From assembly GCA_964016885.1 (NCBI GenBank), contig OZ024753.1, forward strand, positions 46,996,001 through 47,060,000: DNA of 64,000 nucleotides. Reading direction: 5' to 3'. Under the pieces are notes generated by a model. It saw only the letters and a list, made by a program, of their open reading frames with translations, was not told the origin of the DNA and ran no database searches. This document shows, piece after piece, positions 1-10,529 of the stretch (its first letter is position 1; each line of letters begins with the position of its first letter). The DNA is from Eledone cirrhosa. Taxonomy: Eukaryota. The translations under genes were made by a program, and so were the position numbers.

Positions 1-297
1 CAGCCTCCGGAAGACATTGCCCACAGCAATGGGGCGTATGCCATCCTCTTTCTTCCTGCGAGCGGTGAGGCTGGCCGAAAAAAAGAGGCCTCGAGCATAA
101 GAGTCCAGGGCGCCATGGATGAGCCTATTGGTGAGCGCCACAATTGCACTCAGAAGGCCGCGCCCGGCCTCAGCGGAGAGGGGAGATATCAACTCCTTGA
201 GGAGGCCTGGTCAGAGACCATCAACATCTCCGCAGCTGCTAGCTGGGAAGGACCTGATGGCGGACATGATGTCTGCATCAGAAGCCACAAGGAGCAA
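1..297 (-). mobile_element. CRE-clade non-LTR retrotransposon, 5' part (cut by the window start)
   Basis: Minus strand reads LLLVASDADIMSAIRSFPASSCGDVDGL*PGLLKELISP...RKKEDGIRPIAVGNVFRRL, the RT N-terminal region. Confidence 0.88.
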
Positions 298-391
298 GTG
301 TGGATTACAATACAAAACCTCTGAGAATGATTTCTAAGATATTTCACCATAATTAATTTTCATCAATATATATTAATATTATTATTGTTTA

Positions 392-667
392 TTAGGTCAG
401 GTGGATTGGCCAGAACAATTCTACTCTTCTTTTTTAGATGTCACGATTTTTCATGGCATTCCTGAGATCATTAATCTCCAGCTGGAGATCCAGAGACATC
501 TGATGTATGTAGGTGAACCTCAGTCATCCCACTTGGCTCTTACTATGTTTAGGTATCCACCACAGGAGCCAGCTCATCAGGTCATCCTACCCTCAGCAGC
601 AATGTCCAGCATCTATTGATTTCCGCTCCCTAGTTATTGTGGTAATCTTCGATATCTGGGAATATAT
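392..667 (-). mobile_element. Old RTE/RTEX-type LINE C-terminal relic, present in every unit
   Basis: Manual translation IYSQISKITTITRERKSIDAGHCC*G*DDLMSWLLWWIPKHSKSQVG*LRFTYIHQMSLDLQLEINDLRNAMKNRDI*KRRV matches the AGHCxR..LLWxP..GRP..TYI..AMxDR..WR pattern. Copies at about 10170, 16083, 22008, 31773, 37684, 43612, 53390 and 59301. Confidence 0.75.
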
Positions 668-1236
668 TTCTTCTGCTTAAGGGAGTAATAAATATATAGT
701 TTTAAAAAAAACATATATATACACACACATATATATATGTTGTCATTTATAAGAGTTCTCTATCAAAAGCCTTCTCTATGTCCAAAGCTAAGTATAGTGG
801 CTTATTTTTCTCTAAGAACCTCTTTTGTAGTTGTCTCACTAAGAAGAGGGCATCTGTTGCACTTTTCAGCGGCTTAATTAATTAATGAGGTTTAATTAAT
901 GAGGAATTTTGAGGTATTTATAACAATTATTAATTATTTCATTACTGAGATATCATTTGAAGGACTTACTAATGTTTTTATTTATTAATTATTTTATTAG
1001 TAACTTAACATGTGGTTCTTGTATAAAATTATGTTGGAAGATTTTAGGAAGATGCTATGTAGCCGGTCGCGGTAAAATAGACGCCCAGGCTATGTAGCCG
1101 GTAAGAGTGTCAGACTCCATGTGTTGCGGCCCTTTATGGTCTGAGTTAAGACAATTTAAAATCTTTTCCACCATCAATTGTTAAAAAACAAGTTAAAATC
1201 ATTTTGTCGTCCATTTGTAACGTACGTTACACTTTA

Positions 1237-2010
1237 GTTACATACACATATACTATGTTACATACACACATCTACTGTGTTACATACACACACATCAACT
1301 GGGTTATATACACACACATCTACTGCGTTACATACACATCTACTGTGTTACACACACATCTACTGTGTTACATACACACACATCTACTGAGTTACATACA
1401 CACACATCTACTGTGTTACATACACACACATCTTCTGTGTTACATACACACATCTACTGTGTTACATACACACACCTGTGTTACATACACACACATCTAC
1501 TGAGTTACATACACACAGATCTACTGTGTTACATACACACACATCTACTGTGTTACACACATCTTCTATGTTACATACACACAATCTACTGTGTTACATA
1601 CACACATCTACTGAGTTACATACACACACATCTACTGAGTTACATACACACACATGTACTGTGTTACATACACACATCTACTGTGTTACATACATACACA
1701 TCTACTGTGTTACATACATACACATCTACTGTTACATACACACATCTACCGTGTTACACACACACATCTACCGTGTTACACACACACATCTACCGTGTTA
1801 CACACACACACATCTACCGTGTTACACACACACATCTACTGAGTTACATACACATATACTGAGTTACATGCAAACACACATCTACTCTGTTACATATACA
1901 CATCTACTGTGTTACATACACATCTACTGTGATACACACACACACATCTACTCATACATATTCATAAATAGACACACATTATACAAATAATTATTACATA
2001 CACACACATC
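1237..2010 (+). repeat. Minisatellite, 20-24 bp unit CATCTACTGTGTTACATACACA(CA)n
   Basis: About 30 tandem variants; source of the THLLCYIH and STVLHTH ORFs. Confidence 0.95.
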
Positions 2011-2380
2011 TCTGTAATAATTCAGGAAGGAAGGGGCTGGTGAAACGCTATAGCAATGTGTGTGTGTTGTGTACCTTTCAGGTTTACCGGTTTCGTAGCC
2101 TATTTGAAGATTTTATTATAATTATGAACCTTATAATTCAATTAATTATGAATAATTTTGAGCTATTTATCACAATTGTTAGTTAATTACTAACATAGTA
2201 ACTTACCATATGGTTGTTATATAGAATTTTGTTGGAAGACTTTAATTTAGATAGGAACCATTTCCATAGTACGAGAACTAATTTTGGCTGGGTTTCTACC
2301 AAAAGGGTTAATGAAGAATTTTGAACAATTTACTAAAATTATTAATTATTTCATTACTAAGATAATGTGTGAATACACAA

Positions 2381-2490
2381 TTATATGTGTGTATATATAT
2401 ATAAACAGTATATATATATATAGTATATATATATATAAACAGTATATATATATATAGTATATATATATATAAACAGTATATATATAGTAT
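2381..2490. repeat. Compound (TA)n repeat with 34-bp periodicity
   Basis: aaacag at 2403, 2437 and 2471. Confidence 0.9.
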
Positions 2491-2779
2491 ACAAAAGATG
2501 TAGTGGGATAGTGTGTAGTCTTAAGACAAGTCTGTCCAGATAGCTGCGCTGTAACTTACACTTATTGGGACTGTGTGTTGGCAAGCAGGCCTGTATTTTG
2601 GGATCTAGCTGGTCCATTATGAGGGAGGTCTGGTTAGTTGGCAGCACCATGCCTTACTTGTGGTATATGTATGTATAGAAATAAGTTATTGTATATGCAT
2701 AACTGTCCATCTATATGTATACATGTATGTTTACTTATATCTTTGCATACATATATACATTTTCAGATGTATACACGTA

Positions 2780-4700
2780 ATGGTCACCCGGATAGTAAAC
2801 CAAGTCATACAGAATGGGGTTGTTCTGAAGGACTGGCGTAGCAGCATCATCATTAACTGTTACAAGGGTAAAGGAGATGCCCTAGATAGGAGTAACTATA
2901 GAGGCATTAAATTAATCGACCAGGTCATGAAGGTCACGGAAAAAGTAATAGCGCAACTAATCAGAGAGAGAATTGATCTAGATGAAATGCAGTTCGGGTT
3001 TGTGTCAGGTAAAAGTACCACAGACGCTCTTTTCATTGTACGACAACTACAGGAGAAGTACCTAGTTAAAAGTAAACCCCTATACTTAGCTTTTGTTGAC
3101 TTGGAGAAAGCCTTCGACAGAGTCCCCCGTTCCATTATCTGGTGGGCTCTTAGAAAACTAGGTGTTGAGGAATGGCTTGTGAGAGCTATACGAGCCATGT
3201 ATAAAGAAACAGTCAGCAAGGTTAGAATTAACAACGAATATAGTGAAGAGTTTAGCGTAAAAGTTGGTGTTCATCAGGGCTCCGTCCTTAGCCCCCTACT
3301 ATTTATTATTGCCCTTCAGGCTATAACAGTGGAGTTCAAGACCGGCTGCCCATGGGAACTCCTATACGCAGATGATCTAACGCTCATAGCTGAATCAATG
3401 GCCGAGCTAGAGAAGAAATTCCAAACATGGAAGCAAGGCCTAGAATCAGAAGGCCTTAAAATTAACCTGGCTAAGACTAAAGTTCTAGTTTGTAGGAAAG
3501 AAAATAAGGCGCCGGTCCCTTCCGGGAAATGGCCATGCTCAGTGTGTAGGAAAGGCGTAGGTAGAAACTCCATTTTATGTCCCAAATGCAAAGTATGGGT
3601 TCATAAAAGATGTAGTGGGATCACAGGTAAGCTAACTAAGAACATAGATTTTACATGTGGCCGGTGCTCTGGTGCAATAAGTAGCAGCAAGTGCCCACAA
3701 AATACTAGCTCTTTCAATTGCGCAGAGGGTTCTATAGAAATAGTGGACAGCTTCCGTTACCTGGGTGACAAAATCAGCAGTGGGGGAGGGTGCTCTGAAA
3801 GTACAGTAGCTAGAGTCAGAACTGGATGGAAAAAGTTCAGAGAGCTTATACCACTATTAGCCGCTAAAGGGTTCTCCCTAAAAATGAAAGGCAGGTTGTA
3901 TGATGCCTGCATATGAACAGCAATGTTGCATGGCAGTGAGACCTGGGCATTGTGTGCAGAGGATATACGCAGACTAGAGAGGAACGAAGCTTGCATGCTT
4001 CGCTGGATGTGTAATAGTAATATATGTGAACGGCAAAGCATAAACGAACTAAGGGAAAAATTAGAAATAAGAGGGATCTGATGTTGTGTACTCGAGAGAA
4101 GACTACGTTGGTATGGTCCACGTGATGCGGATGAAAGACGACAGCTGTATAAAAAAAATGCAGGGCAATAAAGATAGACGGTAGCCACGGAGTAGGCAGA
4201 CCCAGAAAAACCTGGGACGACTTGATAAATTCCGACCTCACACACTTACACCTCTCCAAGACAATGTCACTGGACCGAGATCTTTGGCGGTACTCAGTAA
4301 TAGAGAAGACCCGCCTTACCTAGATACAAAGTAAAACCTACTACAGTCAGTAGGCACCTCTAACAAAATACACCCCCACCCCATCCACACCGCCCCTTTC
4401 AATGTAAAGTTATGTTGGTGCCACAACATCCAGGCCGAAACAAATGAGGGCGTGTAGGTGTCACGACAAAAAAAAAAAAACACAGTCCACGCAGTAATGT
4501 GGCCGTGTAGGTAACACGGTAAAAACCTCCCAGTCCCACACTGTAAATGCGGTTGGTGTTAGGAAGGGCATCCAGCTGTAGAAAACCCGCCAGACAGTCC
4601 TATGCGAGCAAGACAACCACTCTTGCCTCAAGTGGGAAAATTCCCGTCCAAACCCATGCAAGCGTGGAATATGGACGTTAAACGATGATGATGATGATGA

Positions 4701-4704
<4 letters not shown>
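2780..4704 (+). mobile_element. RTE-clade LINE, 5'-truncated: RT with internal PHD-like finger, 3' UTR and (GAT)7 tail; pseudogenised
   Basis: Motifs YKGKGDALDRSNYRGIKL, QFGF, FVDLEKAFDRVPR, GVHQGSVLSPLLF, LLYADD, FRYLG. Premature TGA at 3914-3916 precedes MLHGSETW. The first 40 aa of ORF 2660 are microsatellite-derived. Confidence 0.95.
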
Positions 4705-4737
<33 letters not shown>

Positions 4738-4740
<3 letters not shown>

Positions 4741-5862
4741 CTTTGACATTTCTTAGAAAAAAAATGAAAAAGTTTTGTGAGAACCCCAATGTTTATTTAT
4801 TTTATTTTATTTTTAAATAAAATTAATAACATTAATTTTATTTTGAAATTAGGTTTATAAATATTAATTATCAGCAGACCTTTGTAGCAGTCTTGGCGGC
4901 TTAGTGGGAAGTACCAGAGATGGTGAGGTCCTTGTCTGTAGGTTCAATCCTGGTCTGGGAGTTCAATCATTGCTGTAATGTGTCCTGTTAATCTTTTTTT
5001 AAATTTTCCTCAGAAAAAACTGAAAATCTTTGGTGAGAACCCCAATGTCTATTTATCTAATATAATTTAATTTATTTTATTTTAGTTTACTTTAGTTAAA
5101 TTGTCAAAACCACTGGTGATCTAAAGTTAGAGGAGACAGATAAAATAGACATATTGTCTCCTCAACCTTTAGATCTTCAGTGTTTTCGACAATTTAACTA
5201 AAATAAAAAATTAAATTCAATATAATTAAATAAATAGGGGTTCTCTTTTTCAAAGAGATATAGAAAGAAAATTATAAAAGATTAACATGACACCTTACAT
5301 GTATCTCATGGACCAGGATTGAACCTGAGTCCCCAATTCAACCCTCAGACCAGGATTGAACACCCAGAACAGGATCTCACCATCTCTGGTACTTCCCACT
5401 AAGCTACCGAGACTGATACAAAGATGTACTGAAATTTAATATTTATAAACCTACTTTCAAAATAAAATTAAAAATAAAATATATATATATATATATTCCT
5501 TTGACATTTCTTAGAAAAAAGAACTGAAAAAGTTTTGTGAGAACGCCAATGTCTATTTATTTTATTTTATTTTTAATTAAATTAGTTATATTTTGAAAGT
5601 AGGTTTATAAATATTAATTTTCAATAGACCTTTGTAGCAGTCTTGGTGGCTTAGTGGGAAGTACCAGAGATGGTGAGATCCTTGTCTGTAAGTTCAATTC
5701 TTGCTTGGAGACATGTCTAATGTGTCCTATTAATCTTTTTTTAATTTTCCTTTTACATCTCTTAGAAATAACTGAAAATCTTTGGTGAGAACCCCAATGT
5801 CTATTTATCTAATATAATTAATTTAATTTAATTTAATTTAATTTTTATTTTAGTGAAACCAC
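4738..5862. repeat. Forward-reverse-forward AT-rich repeat with tRNA-like cores, forming a fold-back at about 4832-5470
   Basis: Centre gaggagaca-N16-tgtctcctc (5130-5163). tRNA-like cores at 4890-4960 (+), 5303-5413 (-) and 5640-5712 (+). Confidence 0.88.
5640..5712 (+). pseudogene. tRNA-like 73-mer (pseudo-tRNA or SINE head; GTG at the anticodon position)
   Basis: GTCTT/GAGAC acceptor, D stem GCTT/AAGT, T arm GTAAG-TTCAATT-CTTGC. Anticodon stem is poor and U33 is absent. Confidence 0.5.
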
Positions 5863-6205
5863 TGTTGTATTCAAGAGACCAGGTGGAGGGGTGGGTCTGC
5901 TAGATTCATCGTGGGTAAAGAACGGTGCTATGAACTTTTCTGGGTGGGAAATGACAATGGGCTGGGTATACACATACCACCCCACCACCCCACCGTAAAG
6001 TGGTCGTGGAGGCGCCACGGCAAAAAAGCACCCAGCCCGCTCTGTAAAGCTGACGTGGAGGTGCCACGGAAAAAAAAAAAGCACCCAGCACTCACTGCAA
6101 ACTGGGTTGGCGTCAGGAAGGGCACCCAGCTGTAGAAACCAATCCAGAATCAGCTCCCACCCCACCCTTGCAAGCATGGAAAAGCGGACGTATGATGAAG
6201 TTGAT
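5863..6205 (+). mobile_element. Bipartite RTE, 5'-clipped by the L-specific block
   Basis: Begins at tgttgtattcaagag (CCIQETRW). Copies at 27492-27834 and 49081-49423. Confidence 0.82.
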
Positions 6206-6303
6206 ATATATATATATATATTAGTATATATATACACATACATATGTACACATATACACATACATATATATATATATATACACACACATATATATCAGTG
6301 TAC

Positions 6304-6338
<35 letters not shown>

Positions 6339-6808
6339 AATGAATATTTATTCAATTTAAAGCGCCAATTATCTATATATAACAAGATATGAATTTTTCT
6401 AGGGATGGGGAAATTTTCAGTTTGTTTTTATATTTTCACTTCATTTTTTACTTTCTATTTAATACAGTCTTTGATCCAATATAATCCTGACAGTATTTGA
6501 ACCAGTTTACCTCATATATATGTATGCACACACAACACTCAAGTTTCGCCATCTACTGCTATTTCATTCATATTTATTGTTTAATTAACTCTGGTCTAAT
6601 TCATCAACTATTGTTAATTATATTATTACGTAGATTTCTTATAAAATCTAGTGCATATATACGTGTATATATACAGGGAGACACTGTGTAATAGATGTAA
6701 AGAGAGTGGGAGATAGAGTTATAGAAGTAAAGAGAGGGAGAGAAATAAGCGGTAGATAGAGCAATAGATGTAAAGAGAGGGTTAGAACGTTCAACTTGAC
6801 AGTCAGTA

Positions 6809-6880
6809 CATATGCCAACTACCCAACCGGCCAGCCAGCCGTATTTGCGGTTGACTGGCCAGTTGGGCGGTTGGTATGTG
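6809..6880. repeat. 72-nt GC-rich imperfect palindrome flanked by 25-bp direct repeats, one per unit
   Basis: 35-nt arms; flanks gaacgttcaacttgacagtcagtac and gaacgttcaactatgcagtcagtac. Copies start at 12734, 18659, 28438, 34335, 40264, 50029, 55952 and 61881. Confidence 0.9.
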
Positions 6881-6983
6881 GAACGTTCAACTATGCAGTC
6901 AGTACCAAAGTTCAACATTGTAGCCAGTGCATATGCCGATCGCCGCGACCTCTTTGCTCTATTTAAATGACCTGGAACTAAGT

Positions 6984-7096
6984 AAAAAGAGTAGGAGATA
7001 ACTCGACAAGAGCGGAGAGGGTGAGATTCGAACCATGTAAAGTCGTTGGCTCCTGAACTTCGTAAGCGGGGCTGCTACTGACTGATCAACGCCGGC
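6984..7096 (-). ncRNA. tRNA-derived Pol III-type unit (about 113 nt; not a canonical tRNA)
   Basis: GCCGGCGTTGATCAGTCAGTAG (A-box-like), loop TTACGAA, GGTTCGAATCT (B box), then TTTTT. The T, anticodon and acceptor stems do not pair. Confidence 0.5.
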
Positions 7097-7400
7097 AGCA
7101 AGGCAAATCGCGCATAAAATAACGCTTATATTGAGAAAATAAAACAAAAATTTCAATGTTGCACTCTTGTTTGTTGTTCTTTTATTTTACGTAAATATTT
7201 CGCTGCTCTAGCCTCTTATTTCCTATTAGATTACACTTAATTCCATTAAACATTCATTCTTAGTCTCGTGGTAAACTATTTCATCTATATTTATATCGCT
7301 GTTACAGCCTTTTATTTCTACATCTATCACCTATAGCCACTGTTACGCCGGTAGTATAAGTAGCTTTATAACAAGAAACGATGATATAACTCCACAAAAT

Positions 7401-7443
7401 GTCTTCTTGAGCAAGACACTTCACCTCATATTGCTCCAGTACA
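7401..7443 (+). mobile_element. Short SINE central-domain fragment, present in every unit
   Basis: cttgagcaagacacttcacctcatattgctccagt matches the SINE domain at about 10960-10995 in the opposite orientation. Confidence 0.65.
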
Positions 7444-8077
7444 CCGAGTTACACATAGACAGATACATACATACACATATATATGTACACAGATAGAAAT
7501 AAGAGGGAGATAGAGTAAAAGATGGAAAGATAGTGTAAAAGATTTAAAGAGAGGGTGAGAGTGTGACACACATTTATCTGTCTATCTCTCTCTATTTTAA
7601 CACCGGTCGTTATAATTAGTTTTATAACACCGCTATATTACCGACATGAAAGAGGTAAATAATTATTTCTTAAATGTTTAGAACATGTTTCTCTTGTCTT
7701 CTTAAATGTATAGAACATGTTTCTTATTTATATTCTTAACATAGCTAGGACCTTATCTCATTTACTGGTCTCTACTTTTAGGGCTTTGCTGGTCCCATGT
7801 GCCCTCCATGAAGACACACTCGCCCCTTCTCTCTCAGTCTCCGTACTAATTACTACACATACGTATATATATTTATTTTAAGAAACCTTAATGACAAATA
7901 ATATAAAGTGTTTGTAAAGTGGGGAAGAGTAGTTTTACGGTGGGGTTGTTATATAGATATCGTTTTTGCAGTGGGGTCGTGACTGGCGTATAATAATGAG
8001 TCACTGTTGATGTATATACAAATCATATTTTGGATATAAGTGAAGTTATTTAAGAGATTTAGTTGTTTTGTATACAT

Positions 8078-10075
8078 TCATAACGGTACGCGATGGGACC
8101 CACCCACAGCCCCGGCGGACAGAATGGAGAAGGCGTTTCCCCGGAGCACGGCAAGGGAGACGCGCTGGAAAAGCCACTCCAACTCGCGGGGCTCACACCT
8201 GCGGCTGGCCAGCTCAGCGCCTATGGTGGTGAGTAAGGAGGTAGCCCTGGGGCCGAGGACACCAGAAGTCTCCACTTCCAGGGGTACGACCGCAAACCTG
8301 TCGGAGAGTGAACGATATGTGAGCAGTTTGGCCCTCTCAGCCTGACGTGCAGCAGAACCTGGGCCAGTCGCAGACTGCACCAGGTTGCGGCTGCAGAAAG
8401 TGTCGGTGCAAGTGGCATCCCAGACGAGGGGTTTGCCACCGCGGAACGGGAAGATGGTCATGCCATCTGGCCTTTTGCCGTCCCCTGGAGCTGGGAAGGG
8501 AAGCCTGCAGCGTCCAAGCCATGCTTAATGATTTCGTTGAGGGCAGCATGGCGTGGATTGCGGCTGGCACTGTGGCGACAGGAAAGCGGGTGGAGGCCGA
8601 AAGAGTCCATGGTGGAACGGCAGCGACATTGGTGTGAGGCCGAGCCTCAGGGAAACGCCGATGCGCAAGCTATGGTTGTCTAGCTGCGTGCGAGTGGAGA
8701 AGGAGGGCAGGGCATGGAGCCAGGCCCCACTGTGGGGTTTGGAGGCCGCACGAAAACAAACAAGGCGGTGCTGGTCGAGCTGGCACGTGAGCCTGTCTGA
8801 GGCCAGGCTGCACTGGATGGCATCCCAAGTGTGTTGGGGGGGGACTTGACGTCAACAGGGGGAGAAGGAGGAGGAACGTCTACTGGGCTAAGTCCCAGCC
8901 GGTGCCACGTCTCACAGGCGGCCACGCGTTCTCTGAACACAGAGGGTTCTGTTGTGTTTTGAAGAACCCTGCTGAGGTGGACGTGGTACGAGGTTACCGA
9001 CGAAAGATACGCCGGCAAAGCTAGTGAGATCGGGGACTGGAGGCGAAGGTCGCCATACCTGATAGGTAAAGTTGCATATCTCATCGGCTGCTGCTCGGAT
9101 ACAAGTCTGGGTGTAGCACAGAGTGTATAGAGGAGCTTCGGCATGGCGTAGCAGTTCCTCAGCAGAAAGAGAACTGGGTGGCCATCAATCAAGCCCAGTC
9201 GGCTCGTGAGAGTCTGAACTTGATGGTGGAGCGGATGGCCGGCGGGTGGATCGGTGAGGGCATCCTCTTTGGGGGTCACCTGAACCTGGCGGAGAATGGA
9301 CCGCACGTCCAAGACGGAGACTGCAAAGCTTGCAGCATCGAGGCTGACATTCACCACCTCCGACTTGGCTGAGTTGACCTGGAGGTCGATTCCCGCCAGC
9401 GCAGGAACCACCGATTGAAGGTCATGGCAGACCGCCTGTACGGGCCCACCCAAAGTAGCATCATCCAGATACCAAACGTTGAGAGGGGCCGTTATACTCC
9501 GGGCGATGTGGTCAATACCAAGGGTGAACAGGAGGGGTCCCAAAGGGTTGCCCTGTTGGATCCCAGTAGCCAAGGGTATGACCGCATCAGCAGCATGTCG
9601 CATGCTCGGGGCTCCATATGACAGCTAGGCAGAGGGGGCTCGGCTGAGGCAGGCCTCGAGCAGATGATCCCAGCGTAAAGAGTTGAAGGCATTCCTCATG
9701 TCAAACTTGACAATGAGGTGGCTGGAGTCCCTGGATGCCGGTTCCGAGTGTTACGGACTTGCAGGTTACCTTGGCAGCCAGCCTCCGGAAGACATTGCCC
9801 ACAGCAATGGGGCGTATGCCACCCTCTTTCTTCCTGAGAGCGGTGAAGCTGGCTGAAAAAAAGAGGCCTCGAGCATAAGAGTCCAGGGCGCCATGGATGA
9901 GCCTATTGGTGAGCGCCACAATTGCACTCAGAAGGCGGCGCCCGGCCTCAGCGGAGAGGGGAGATATCAACTCCTTGAGGAGGCCTGGTCAGAGACCATC
10001 AACATCACCGCAGCTGCTAGCTGGGAAGGACCTGATGGCGGACATGATGTCTGCATCAGAAGCCACAAGGAGCAA
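8078..10075 (-). mobile_element. CRE-clade non-LTR retrotransposon relic (RT + CCHC + restriction-like endonuclease), 5'-truncated and frameshifted; this copy keeps the complete zinc finger
   Basis: RT motifs IRPIAVGNVFRRLAAK, KFDMRNAFN, GIQQGNPLGPLLF and WYLDDATLGG. Finger region HQCRCRSTMDSFGLHPLSC...RHAALNEII. RLE region DGKRPDGMTIFPFRGGKPLVWDATCTDT...FQRVSLAVLRGNA. Split over several frames. Confidence 0.92.
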
Positions 10076-10529
10076 GTGTGGATTACAATACAAAACCTCT
10101 GAGAATAATTTCTAAGATATTTCACCATAATTAATTTTCATCAATATATATTAATATTATTATTGTTTATTAGGTCAGGTGGATTGGCCAGAACAATTCT
10201 ACTCTTCTTTTTTAGATGTCACGATTTTTCATGGCATTCCTGAGATCATTAATCTCCAGCTGGAGATCCAGAGACATCTGATGTATGTAGGTGAACCTCA
10301 GTCATCCCACTTGGCTCTTACTATGTTTAGGTATCCACCACAGGAGCCAGCTCATCAGGTCATCCTACCCTCAGCAGCAATGTCCAGCATCTATTGATTT
10401 CCGCTCCCTAGTTATTGTGGTAATCTTCGATATCTGGGAATATATTTCTTCTGCTTAAGGGAGTAATAAATATATAGTTTTAAAAAAAACATATATATAC
10501 ACACACATATATATATGTTGTCATTTATA

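Larger units (their letters stand above)
299..10076. repeat. Long unit L1 (9778 bp; boundary set arbitrarily at the CRE 5' end)
   Basis: Anchor spacing; contains the L-specific block 874-5862. Confidence 0.93.

Noticed and set aside
401-619. 72-aa + strand ORF present in most units
   Set aside because: GTG start, antisense to an RTE/RTEX relic, and broken by a stop in L2.
1204-1990. His/Thr/Cys-rich ORFs resembling metal-binding proteins
   Set aside because: All three frames are translations of a minisatellite, and ORF limits change between copies.
1237-2010. CRISPR-like array
   Set aside because: No unique spacers, no cas genes, eukaryotic context.
2250-2310. Sm site (AATTTTGG) suggesting an SL RNA or snRNA
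   Set aside because: No recognisable snRNA or SL sequence or flanking stems, and far from the CRE junctions.
2660-3916. Intact 418-aa RT gene
   Set aside because: Non-ATG start in low-complexity DNA, no endonuclease, premature stop; identity between copies reflects recent duplication.
6984-7096. Functional tRNA (Ser-like 3' end or Arg-ACG)
   Set aside because: T stem CATGG/CTCAC, anticodon stem and acceptor stem do not pair.
7296-7325. Resemblance to the U7 snRNA 5' part (tgttacagc..tttta)
   Set aside because: No U7 Sm site or 3' hairpin.
7681-7722. Two p53-type half-sites GAACATGTTT
   Set aside because: The 22-bp spacer is non-canonical and the pair is explained by a local tandem duplication.
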